Source: Trichoplax adhaerens (Eukaryota; Animalia; Placozoa). From it: 64,000 bases of DNA. Shown one piece after another: positions 12,484 to 31,839 of the stretch (positions are counted from its first letter, which is position 1; each line of letters begins with the position of its first letter). Position numbers and translations under genes: made by a program. The stretch covers positions 2,220,106 to 2,284,105 of the forward strand of contig NW_002060950.1 of the NCBI RefSeq assembly GCF_000150275.1. Direction: 5' to 3'. The notes under the pieces were generated by a model that was not told the DNA's origin, made no database searches, and saw nothing but the letters and a program-made list of their open reading frames with translations.

Positions 12484-13900
12484 CATTGATCTCACGATTC
12501 CAAAGTCTTGGTCAGTCTCTAGATGGGGTCTCCAGTACTGACCACGGAGCCTCTAGAAACACCGTAAAATAGAGTGCCACCACACCATTGAACCGTGGCT
12601 CTGCTGCTGTATTTGTAAATGCAGTATCGCAGTCTGATGAAATCTCTTCTTAAAAATGACTACTACATATGAAAATTACCTTAAAGTTAAGTTAGTCAAG
12701 TCGCCATAGCGATTATGCTGGGGATTGCCGAGTAGGAACACAGGCGATTATTGCGAGTATATGGAACACTTACTGTACTGTACTATTCAGTGGATAGTAC
12801 AGCCTATCAACAGCCAAGTATACAGTATAGCGTCGCTCCTAAACTAGTGTTCAATTTACCTACCGTTAACAACTCGACGAGCAGATTCAGCTTGCTATAC
12901 GTAGACTATTCAACAAATTGTTATACATAACTGCTTGTTGACAATTTGGATTCGGAAAAGAGAACTTTCTTCACCACTAGAAAAATCCCTTGCATGATTT
13001 TAATAGTCGCTATTGAGTATGATAAATTGTCCTGTAATCTTGACGGAGCAGAAACTGATGGACAATTCGGTCCACAAGATTATACATAAATATGAGTAGT
13101 ACTAAACTATAGACATTGGGTAAACAGTAACTCACCTGTAGAGCCAACTATTACAATTGCATCATAGCAAATGATACAGTAAGATCACTTTCTTGTTTGT
13201 TAATATCGTTGCAGTGCTACAATTTTATAACGGTTATTAATGGCCAAAAGTTCAGAATGTTTCATATGCATTAATATGCGATAATGCACCACCGTACATG
13301 TACGTGTAACATAAAGATATAAGATATTGCTAATAATGACTTTAGAGTCTATACTGAGGATAATAATTCAGGCAATTTCAACAAATGGTATCAAACTAAG
13401 TGAAGACCATCTTGATATAGTTTCAATTATTTATTTACTTATGTAATATTATAACGTTAACGTTTAGTTGCATATTTTACAGTCAAGATAAAATATCAAT
13501 GAGGTTACTTAAGTAATTTATATCCGAATTGACGGAGTAAAAATTAGTCAGTTTTAAACCTTATGACGCTGCGTATTAAATAACATACGCTCGTACATGA
13601 CGTTAGCCACGGAGCACAAAGGTAATTAGAGGCTTACACAGTCAGTAAGAGTTTTAGATGATTTTTCTTAATATTCTCCCTTTCAGTCTTGGCCAAAATA
13701 TGAGGTAGTCATATTAAAAACTGTTGGCTCAGTTACAGTATTAACTATACAAACAAATCCTAATAATTTACATGCAACTCATTCTATTAATTATTTGCGT
13801 TAGTTACTTCATTGCACGAAAAGATAGGTGTATATTAAATTATATAAAATATACATCCGAAATTCCTACGACCAAGAGGAGAAATTTAGAAACTATTCCA

Positions 13901-21001
<7,101 letters not shown>

Positions 21002-21420
21002 TTTGTATGATAGTACGAATTAAGCACTTGGATTCAGAATAGTGCAAAATAAATGAAGTGGTGGTAGTAATCGTTGATGATGAATCAGATTTGCAAATTG
21101 TGCTGGTATACTATGTAGTTGAAAGAATTGGAAGAGAATGACGATTATTTTGTCATCGAGTAGGTTTTACAAAAGAAAGAAAAGTTTTACCGATAGTGAT
21201 GATATCAATCAATCAATTTTCACTGTTTCTCAAGTAGAAAAATGGCGGAAATGTAGCTTGAAGGTGGAGTATTTCACAAATTGGGAATAACAGTTGCTTT
21301 AATGTGCAACACTTGCGTAAAGCAACAGTCAATAACTAAACAAGATGACTGATATCCGTTCACGATGGATCATATTTTACTTCTATACAGTATAACATAG
21401 TACTGAGCGATTCAGTAATA

Positions 21421-21456
21421 CGGGAAAAAATTTGAAATTTCTTGGTAGCCAATCAG
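21421..21456. promoter_or_regulatory. E2F-like/CHR/CCAAT module upstream of KIF11
   Basis: cgggaaaaaaTTTGAAatttcttggtagCCAATCAG contains an E2F-like CGGGAAA, a CHR TTTGAA and an NF-Y box within 36 bp, ~420 bp from the KIF11 ATG. Confidence 0.5.
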
Positions 21457-21475
21457 GTGACGATTAGCTCTAAAA

Positions 21476-21665
21476 TACAGTCCAGTACCAGGGACTAGTC
21501 ATAAGACTGCTGGTGTAGTACTGTATCGGTCTAAGGAGTGTCTGATAGTACGCACGCACAGACGTACAGACATACAGTACACTCGTACAGACGGACTGTA
21601 CAATCTTTACAGTGTACAGTAATGGACTACACTGTAAATTGTAGTGTACAGTACAGTACAGTAGT
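21476..21665. repeat. TACAG/CTGTA repeat cluster on the KIF11 side of the divergent promoter
   Basis: Multiple tacagt/actgta units ending in gtgtacagtacagtacagtagta. Confidence 0.75.
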
Positions 21666-21924
21666 ATGGCTAATATTGACTACCATAATCTCGTGACCGC
21701 AAGGGCCATATGATCCTATCCGCATGCGTACTGTATATTCGCCAAAAATGTTGTTACGTCACGTCTCGTCTCAGAGACACAAGCACTGTAGGCCCAGTGT
21801 AGGGGGACTAGGCCACTAGGGTAATCTTCTACAGTACTACTTTTTGGAATTTTGGAATATTTCTTTACACTTTCGTTTGAGCTGGATGCAATAATACTTC
21901 GTGCAGCATGTTGAAGTCTTTGGC

Positions 21925-22386
21925 TACTGTTACTGTACTGTACAATTACAAATGCCAACAAAAGACGAACAAGGAAAACAAGTAATTAACATTGTCTTTA
22001 TTGACTTATCTTAACATTTTGTGCACGCACGCGCTGTCTTCCTCGTGTGCATTGTACAATGTACAATACAATGTACTGTACAGTACTGTACACCTCTACG
22101 GGTCGTGTGTCAAAACTTTTAATACTGTACAGTACAGTGTACTGTACAGTACTGTATTGAAACTCCAGGCTGTCGGGCGTGGCGAGTGAGTACTGTACTG
22201 TGCACATTGTACTCTACGGGACGTGTAAAACCTTTGACTCATTGCAACTTTCAACTGCAAATGAGTCAACAACCTAAAGTACAGTACTGTACTGTACTGT
22301 ACAGTGTACAGTACACTCGGTACAGTATTCAAGTGACTCTCGGCCAGTGTACTGTACAGTACAGTACAGTACGGTACGGTACAGTC
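21925..22386. repeat. Dense TACTGTACAGTA-type repeat cluster upstream of the TAPP-like gene
   Basis: tgtactgtacagtactgtac, tactgtacagtacagtgtactgtacagtactgta, gtacagtactgtactgtactgtacagtgtacagtac, gtactgtacagtacagtacagtacggtacggtacagt. This explains the spurious YSTVQ/CTVLY ORFs. Confidence 0.9.
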
Positions 22387-23685
22387 CATGTTAGCCATGC
22401 ATACTGCGCAAGAACCAAGATGACGACAGAATGGACGTTAGCATTAGGATTACAAGCGTCAATCTTCATTAGATCCCTTGCTTCTCGTGTGCTGGCAATG
22501 ATTGCCGGCGATTGTTGAATCCTGCTGATCAAGCCATTCTTGCCATCATCACTGAGCCTTTTACCCTAGCTTAAAAGTAAGTATAGCCCGGCATAGCTAG
22601 AATCATTTGCATAGGATTGGTAATCTTTCCAATAGACATCCTAAGCATCATTACAGTACAGTAATAGCCATGTAGAATAGCATAGTATACTGGACAATAT
22701 CAGCGATCGGACAGGAAGAATACTTAATTGTCAGTAATTACAACTACTATACACTATGTGCTGTACGATTGTTATCTTCACCTGGATGGTTAAATGCTTG
22801 CACAATTTTATCGCCAAAATAAATCATGCAGAATATTGTTCAAGTATTAAAATATTGCAAACTCGATCGAAACTACTGTCATCCAATTTCCTTTCTACTT
22901 TTGCCACCATTGCCAGTCATAACAACCATGATCGATGCTTCTCATTTTGTGATTGTATAGGTTACAAACCACCCCACCCCCATGAAACGAAGTACGCCCG
23001 CAACATATTCTTTCTATTTACGGTCATCAGCAAATTTACTTTTCTTCCATTTTTGAACGTCAATTGTACAATATACTTCGTGATCACTGCAGGTTGTACT
23101 AACTCTTCTCTCGACAGTAGTCTACCGTGATTTATCGTAGATAGAGCTCAATATTGACTAGAATGCTATCCAAAATATTGAAAGGAATACATTGTCCATT
23201 GATGCAATTACCGTAATATAACTTGCAACGCATTTCAAGCAGTGGAGTTGGCCTTCTTTCTTTTAATGATATCATAAAAAAATACCAAGTCAAGTATGTA
23301 CTCAACCGTAGGTGGTAGTAGCTGGTAGAATCGTCCCAAGTAGGATAACAGTTACACTTACTAATTACATAGTGCTTCATTTTTCACCAGTAGATTAGAC
23401 CGATATAGTGATTGTTAGCTACAAAGTGGCCTTAATAAGGCTGTACTGTATACCACGACAGTACAAAACAGTATTAGAGGATTGAGTTAAATCAACTTGG
23501 ACAGCTTATTCCCCTTTCGACGGCCATCATAATTATTCCAAGTATTCACAGCGATCAATCCTGCCTAACAAGTGTAGCGTATCTCGTGCTGTAATTTACT
23601 ACTTAACATCCAATCGTGTACCGAGAAGACACTGACGATCAAGTTATTCAATTGGTAATCCGGTTAAGAAATTGATTGATCTACC

Positions 23686-26600
23686 ATGCCTCAAATGATA
23701 GAGGACAATCTTTGTGGTACGGTGTTACTACTTCAAGACGAAAAAGACAAAGGAAGGGAAATCTGGACATCAGTCTATTTATCACTATGTAAGGAGTTAG
23801 CACTGTTGGAACTTCACAATGAGAAGCCTAAGGTAAAAAAAAAAAACAATATGGAGAAAAAAAGAGTTGAATGAATTCTAGTCTCAATGTACACATTGGG
23901 TTGTACAGATGCTACGCGTTGCACTTCCACCCAAGTTTATATTTTCAACAAATTATAATGTACTGTTAGTAATACTGTATATACAATGACGCCAGTAGCA
24001 GCATCTGCCGATAGATTGATGTCGTTATTACTTCAATGATAGTGTAATAGTTGTTGTAAGTGATGGCTTTTATAGATGTTATTATTGTTTGGCATTTTTT
24101 TGAAGATATTGAGCAACATTGATGAAAAGATTTCATCAAAGTTATGTCTACGATGATACAACAACATTTTCACTCCCTTCTTCGCATCAATACGCTTATG
24201 ACTACTATCAGTTCAATAGCTGATATTAGGCATTACATTCATCGAAAGTGTATTTGATTTAATAACAAACAAGGCAACTGTATCCGTATGTCAGGTTTTG
24301 ATTACATTTCAACTTGTCTTGAAAAGTCATCGATATTGTCAGGCAGATTTTAAAATTAGGCCTACAATCATGTAAAAAGGATAACATGAGTTTTCAATAG
24401 TAAAGATTGTATTGTATAATTTCAATACATGAAAAATACATGGGTGCGGACACTATAGTATTTATTGTTTTTAAAATACTTTTAAAGTTGTTTTGATATG
24501 ATAAAACCTACATTGTAAATTTTTTTTTCTCCCTTTTTATTAATTTCCACTCCTTACAGTTGAAATGATTATAACTAGTGACGGTAGTGTACTTTTTTTA
24601 ACTGCTATGGCTGGCGTTAATTAAATTTTTATTATAGATATTGATAAGCATGACCTTTGTAAATCGATATAAATTTGCATTTTACTAGTTTTTAAATCTC
24701 TTACTAGGATAAAAGACTTCCGTAATGTACTATATATGCAATTTTAGCCTCTTTTATAAGTAGCCATTATAAATTAAATTGCGTTACATTCAGTTATTAT
24801 GGACACGAAGAACAACGATAATTTACTTTGAAGGTTATAAACTTCGTTCTTTAAATCTCCAATCGACATCAATAATAATACGTGAAAGTTCTACTACTTA
24901 GGGCGTTAACTTTGAAGGATTGACATTACTCTTGATTTGCGGTATATGAGCGTTCTGTATTCCCTGTAACTAAATATTCGGTGTTTAAGAGTAAATTAGA
25001 ACGTTGTATAAATATCGATATAAGCAGTACAAGTGCATATTTTAAAAGAATAAGATCTTGTCCTTTTCAATACATGTTACTGATAGTATTAGTAATATCT
25101 AATTCTTGTAATTCTTCCGACTATGTCATATGGCTTTCTAGAAAAATGCGGAGCCTGCAGAACACTTAGATCTACGATATGTAACCCAAGTGAGTTTGTA
25201 AATTATTCTCAAATGGCGAACATCTTATTTGAAGATAAAATTTATTTATTATCCTGTTGTTGATTACGTTCGTCGCTGTTCGTATTATGTGATTGTTAAA
25301 ATACTACTGTATTGATAACAATGGCTGTCATGTTAATATACGCAGTAATTAGCATGCCAATTATGGTAGTGCCCTTTAGTTCTAATGCATCTAAACGATG
25401 ATATCGCCTATAGATTTCTGTTCATGGTATGTAATACTGTCTTTATACGACACAATGCTTTGAAATTGACGGTAATTACTTTGCTTTAATAATCGTGTCA
25501 AGTTAGCGTAGTGGTACCTTGCACGATTTAACTTATTGTTCCTCATTAGTTAATGGATACATAGTCGACTTTTCGTTGATAATGGTATAAGATATTACAA
25601 TTGTAATTTCTTTAACCTTCGATATTGGATTGATAAAGAAAACATAATTTAATTAATTGATATATTATTGACAAAACCAATGTTCTACTTATGGCTACAA
25701 ATGCTATCCTTAAAACTTGGCGTAGATTTCTCAAAAAGATACTAAGAAGAAACATGAATTTTGTTTCGGTAAGTAAATACTATAAGTCCGGATTATTCTA
25801 ACTTTATAGCGTCTTGCTCTAGAAAAATTCGAGATAACCATCAACTAATATTATGTTACTGTGTTGTCTGATAATCCCTTCTATCACATTATTGTCTTCA
25901 TATGCTGTCTGTAGTATTTTTTCTCTAAATTATTGATGTAATCATTTCCTAATGACTTAGAGAAGCATTCAGAATGATACGTTGTTTTCTCCATTAGAAA
26001 TTATGACAATCAAAAAGCCCAATTACTATTTATTTAAAGTACCTACAGCTGAGGAACGTCAGGAATGGGTCAGTGCTATCACTACAGCGACAAATGTAAG
26101 TTTACGTTACTGCTTAAGGATAGACAGTGATATCGGCTGCACGAATGTAACTAAATCAATGGGTTATTGTATAGTGTCGACAATATCGGACGATAACTAA
26201 CCTTATTAAATGAGTAATAAGGATATAATCAATTGCTTCGTTACTGTAGCCGAAGTTTTATTAATTAGTATAATAAATTACGACTTATATCATGCAGTTT
26301 ATATGCATTGTGCATGCACGGTAGTAATAGTATTTACTTATTCATATACTTTTGCATGCATGTACGCTTAAACATTCATGCAATCCTATAATAGTATGTT
26401 TGTACTGTAGAGAGGAATGTACATTTTAAATTTATTTGTTATCTCATAACTTATGGTATGCATTAATATTATATACATATTTAAATGTACTGTAAAGAAT
26501 CCAAATTCTTGGAAAAAGAGATTACCGACCAATGTTGCTAAACCTACCCAAGGCAAGCTGAAGATTGCTAGTGAACTAGCAGAACAAAACTGCCTAGATA

Positions 26601-28045
26601 GCGGAAAAATGGGTGTCAGGAATGACATAGTCGGTGGTTTAGTGCTTAAAACACCAATAAAGGTTATTTTTATTCTATGTAATAGCTGCAGGTTACAAAT
26701 TTATTGGTAAATAATAGTAAAAGTTGATCGAGGTATAACAGACGGCAGTTTAAGTATTTTTAGGCATTAGATTATCCGTGAATGTAAATATCATGCTGAA
26801 ATACTTAAGATGTTTTTTTATATCGAATGCTTCATATCAGCTAGGAGATGATGTAGTACAAAGCGACAGTGATAGTGAAGGTTTAAGTGAAAGGTTAAAA
26901 CGAGTCGTTAGGGCTAGACAGGAAGCAACCGTTGCATTTAAAGAGACACAGTACCTTCGAGACAACAGGAATGTCGTTCGTACTGGAATTTGTCATAAGC
27001 AAGGAGATAAAGTTAGGAAATGTGCAATGTTTTCATTTAATGCTATCGTTGCTTTGATCATAGAAGTGGAACAGTTGAATGATGGATACTGTATGTCATT
27101 ACGATTTTAGTATTACAATATGTTAAGGCTGTGTTGAAGAAAATAGATTATATGATTGACATAACTTACCGCAGCAATTTAGGTTAATGACTGCATCGGC
27201 AATAGTATATGTATGTTTTAAAATGTGAAATGCTTGGTATAATTTGCTATGTAAACTTGTACTAAAGTAACTCTCTAAATTTATAGATTAAAAATTGGAA
27301 GAAAAGGTTTTTCATCCTTGATGCGGTCAAGTTGAGATATTTCAGACATGAGACGGTAAAAACAAGCAACGGCTGCTTTTTTATAAATATATGGATAAAT
27401 GTATTAGGGTGTATATACGATATCAATTCTTCATTATAAATATTTAATCAAAAGGATCCTGAAGCCCTTAAGACCATATACATGTGGGAGGTGACAGCCG
27501 TTTCCAAAAGTGATCCGTAAGAAGAGCTTTTATATTGAGAATCTTTAGAAGTGATGCTTTTTCTAAAGCATTCTATTGCTTCACAATACAATCTTAGAAT
27601 TCATAATAGGGAACATCTTTTCAAATTGGAGACCAATAATAGGACGTTTTATATTCAGGTTCCATTTCTTGAAATCAATTTTACCAATGATATGTAGAAT
27701 ATATAATCAAATTCTTGCTAAATAGTGCCAATTTATAATAAAATATGGTATTATTCTGTAGCCCGAAAACGATAAAGATAGAGATGAATGGATTGAAGCG
27801 ATTAAGAGCGTGATGTTTAGAAGAGATCTGAGAAGAAGGAGTAGTTCTTTGGTAGTAAAGTTTCAATAATGACAACGTATAGCGGATAGAGTAGCGCGGT
27901 AATTTTAACCTAACGTTATGAAACTTTTTATTTAATTTTAATTATGTAGGACCAAATGACGGCATCGAGTTTACGCTCAATTTATAGCGGTAAATCTCGT
28001 CGTCAATCTCCTGCTAATAATGGCGATACTGGATCAAAACAATAG
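23686..28045 (+). CDS. Tandem PH-domain adaptor, TAPP1/TAPP2 (PLEKHA1/2)-like; ~11 coding exons
   Basis: Exons 23686-23832, 25142-25189, 25727-25769 and 25998-26095 give PH1 (LDLRYVTQ..HEFCFEI..EERQEWVSAI). 26498-26661 has the TAPP linker RNDIVGGLVLKTP. 26841-27011, 27287-27355, 27455-27516, ~27598-27658 and 27762-27852 give PH2 (GICHKQGDKIKNWKKRFFIL..LFKLETNNRTFYIQ..DEWIEAIK). The last exon is 27950-28045. A probable 5'UTR exon ends at 22576. Confidence 0.88.
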
Positions 28046-31026
28046 CTGTGGTATACTGCTTGGTCAATAAATTTTTACTTGCTACTATTAAATATGCTGA
28101 ATTGTTTATTACGTACTATTGTATCTTGAGATTTTTAACATTAATAATATAAATCGAATTGTAAAGACTGATCAATTATATGGTCTTATATTGTATTATA
28201 ATTACGGTGCATATTTACTGCCGATTTGCTATCATTAATGAATGATTCTATTTTTGATAAGAAACCAGCTATATCGCTTCGTAGTACCTTAATGAATGAA
28301 TGATTACACAGTAGATAATTATATTTGCAATATGAAATTAGTTGGCTATATTTTTATGACATCTGAACCACTGTATCCTTATCTTAGCTTTTGCTGGAAT
28401 TTCCAAATTACCAAATATATTACACACCAAAAAATCAGAATAATCTTTACTCTATGTTAGCTTAGTAGACTTCTAATTGGTGTCAATTCATGGACTGCGC
28501 TTAGTTTTACTAAAAGTTTACTTGAACTAATTGTGTACCTATTTCTTGTATATTGCTTGCGTTTGGCTTGTTTTAATGCTCAAATATGACTATTTCTTTA
28601 AATTGAAGCGTTACGTATTTTACTGAGGCGTAGGTACGAATTATATAATCAATTGTAATGTAATATCTCAACAACGTTGGCTGGTTCATTTGGAATATAC
28701 GAACGCGATTGATATTTTTATCTAAATTTAACATTTAGCGTACTTTTTATCGCAATAATTGCATTATCATGCGTTTCAAATCCGAAAGGCAAAGATTATT
28801 TGAAAGTCTTTCGTCTTTTATGTGTATTTTTACGGTTGAAAATACTATCATTGCAAAATCAAATAGTACGGTACATAAACTGTGAACAATTATTCTTATA
28901 CTGTGTATGGTTTTGTTGCAGAGATTGTAGATTCTAGGTAATAATGACACTGCTAATTATCGTAAAATTAAGATGGTTGTATCTGTGATGATACTATTAA
29001 TAATAGCTATGGTATTCGGTAATGACTTAGAACTAGAGGTGTGCACATAAAAAGATTACTCTACGGTTGTAAACCTACAGTACGTATGTATAGATAGACA
29101 TAAATAGACTCAATGGAACTTTAGTATGTATACTTTGGTATATATATTTATATGAGAACATGTATCATAAATCAAATACAGAAGGGATACGTATAGTAGA
29201 GTCATATTTATAGAATATACCAAGATAATTTATACAGTAATGTTTATAAACAAAGATATTTTCAAAAGTAATACGAATGTGAGTCTATTTCAATACCATG
29301 CACTAATATAAATACGGTACTATACAAAAGCAATATTTATATTCTAACTTTAAGAGCCGTTTTACGCCAACATATATACTAGTTTACTTACTTGTTATAG
29401 AGTTTATCAGAGCGAGTACTAGGCAAGAGAGCGATTAAACAAATTATACTCGTATATTACGTAGTGTATAGAGCATAATACAATATATGATTCAGATGTA
29501 CTGTAAATATACAGAAAACAGATATCTTTCTTCAGGGCGATAATTCGAACGGTGGGCATGCTAGCAAGTACAAAAACCCATACGATGCTGCACATGTAAT
29601 AACACTATGGCCAACCTACTGCTATCGAACTATTCGATAACATGTATTGAAATTAAGAAATTTTTAATCCAAAAACTGATGTAGATAACGGAGTCAACAT
29701 TTTAAAAATATCGTTATAAATACAAAATAATGAATAGATTGTCCAAAAAAAAATCCTTCCTATGCTTATTTATAATTTATAAATAAAGGAGGGTATGTCA
29801 AAGCAGTTTTGGTGAATTATATATATTGCATAGAAGTAAATTAGATGTCAAAATCATACCAATCTAAGATAATTTACAATAATAGTTATGTATAATTGAT
29901 GTCTTTGATATATAGTTCACGTATATTGAATTTAGCTTCGTAGAAGGTAATACTATTACAGAATTTTATTTGCATATCAATTGATGTAAGTTCAAGTGAT
30001 GTTGTTCACAATTTTTATTTTCTAAACATGTTTAGTATCGTATTTAAGCAGCCACACTATTTCTGTGAAGTTCGTTCATAGTCCTTGATTTTCAAGACTT
30101 GCTGTTACTAGAAACTGTACCTGTCTACTAGGGCTTGTGATGGAGTCACACAGTATCGCAAATCATTAGAGAATCAGTAACAAAATCTGTCATAGTAACA
30201 TTCTTGGTCTGATTTAGACGTTGAGTAGAGTTAACAAAACATATTTTATTACAGAAGAAACTGCTAAACAAGCGCTTTCAATGGGAAAGATATTCAGTAC
30301 TTACAAGTACAGATTCTCTGATGAGTTATACAGGAGCATCAGATACCCTTTATGTTTTACTAGTAGGTTGTGCATCAGTTACAAAGATCGGCTAACGATA
30401 TTAGTTAGACATATGTGTGCATAGGAGTGGTGGTACTACCAAAGCAGTGAAAGCAATACAAACAACGCCGCTAATGATCAATTTTTACCTTGATATTTCA
30501 TCTTAATGTTGATAATACAGTATCGACCTCTAAAACTTATTTTACAAGTATGTTATCGCAATTACTGAAGTGCACCATTAATTAAGAGTAATAGGTTAAT
30601 TGCTATACAACCAAGAAGATATCAGCAATACTGCAATATAGCGATGAATGTATCGCTTGGTGTTTTGTCTTATTTAATAAAGTAATAGCACAATATCAAA
30701 GTAGTAACAGAAATAGTGATGAATCTTATTGCCGGATATCTTATCTTACTGTGGATCAATCCAATCATCACTAAACATGATAGGTACAGTAACGGCAAGT
30801 GTTTCTTTACTAATCATAAACTAAATTAACAATTAATTGATCAACCAAATTGTGAAGCTGTCCATCATAATCTGTTCATAATCGTAAAGGAAATAGCGAC
30901 ATGTACTTTGATGGTTATTCAAGGTGGAAAGATTAAGCAGTGTTACTAGCTGAGATTTGTAGATGGATGATAATACTGTCCATATACTCAATTGATTAAT
31001 TAATTATTTAATGGTATTCATATCGT

Positions 31027-31839
31027 CTAAATATTTTCCCAATCACTAATAGTATCATGTAGCAAATAGGCCTGAATAAACTTGACAAATTTGTCGGGGA
31101 ATTGATGTTGTATAAAATGGCAACCACTAGGGATGACATATAATTGAGATCCTGCAATATTCTCTCGCTGATAGTAAGCATGAACAAGAGATGTGAGAGA
31201 ATCATTTTCACCATGTAGAATAATTGTTGGACTTTGAATTTTACTTAATTCTGACTGACATAAGCCCTGAGCTTTGCGAAGTAATATTGATTGTGTTTTT
31301 AAGTAGTTAGCGTAGCATTGTTGATAGGTTGCTATATCACCGTGAATTTTAAGATAGTCGTTTAAAACTTTTGGATTATTGTTCTCAACTTTTTCAAATC
31401 GACTAATCATTGCAAGTTCTTCTTTGGTATAATAAGAGCGTGTTGATAGTAAAATCAATTTTTTAACACTAGCCGGATACTTAGCCGCTAAAATCATAGC
31501 TGATACACCACCGTCACAAAATCCTAGGACTGAATATTTTTCAAAACCTAATTCTTTCATCATAGCAGCACAATCTTCAGCATCTTTACAATAAAAATCT
31601 AATGGATATTCACGAATTTGGGGAGGTTTAGATTGACCACAACCACGAACATGAAATGTGACGATTCGTAAATGATCGGGAACATTTTGTGTAAAATAAG
31701 AAAATTCAATATCGCTAGCGCCAATGTTACCTGGTATGATAAACAAGATCTCTTCACCGTTACCCCATAATGAATAGTAGATCTTTACTTTCATCGTAGA
31801 AGATTTTACGTTGATGATGTTGCTTAACATTTTAAACAT
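31027..31839 (-). CDS. Alpha/beta hydrolase, valacyclovir hydrolase (BPHL)-like; intronless CDS, Cys at the nucleophile position
   Basis: 270-aa single ORF with IPGNIG (oxyanion region), RGCGQSKPP..YPLDFYCKDAED, SVLGFCDGG (BPHL: LGWSDGG), AAKYP, PTIILHGEND (acid) and PSGCH (His). Confidence 0.88.
   Translation of the reverse strand: MFKMLSNIINVKSSTMKVKIYYSLWGNGEEILFIIPGNIGASDIEFSYFTQNVPDHLRIVTFHVRGCGQSKPPQIREYPLDFYCKDAEDCAAMMKELGFEKYSVLGFCDGGVSAMILAAKYPASVKKLILLSTRSYYTKEELAMISRFEKVENNNPKVLNDYLKIHGDIATYQQCYANYLKTQSILLRKAQGLCQSELSKIQSPTIILHGENDSLTSLVHAYYQRENIAGSQLYVIPSGCHFIQHQFPDKFVKFIQAYLLHDTISDWENI

Noticed and set aside
12265-12495. N-terminal extension of ORF 12145-12495 (YSTVQY-rich)
   Set aside because: Translation of the TACAG repeat; the real DDRGK1 start is the ATG at 12264.
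12633-12700. Hammerhead ribozyme core (CTGATGA...GAAA)
   Set aside because: No stem II pairing between the core elements and no convincing stems I/III.
21925-22386. CRISPR-like repeat/spacer appearance
   Set aside because: Units vary in length and sequence, the context is eukaryotic, and there are no cas genes.
21716-22532. Six overlapping ORFs on both strands
   Set aside because: Largely products of the stop-poor palindromic repeat; no protein-like features.
22756-23380. ORFs 22756-23130 (+) and 23132-23380 (-)
   Set aside because: They lie in the probable first intron of the TAPP-like gene, with no recognisable domain or splice support.
28100-31000. Short ORFs 28747-28950 and 30221-30424
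   Set aside because: AT-rich intergenic/UTR sequence with no homology cues or coherent exon chain.
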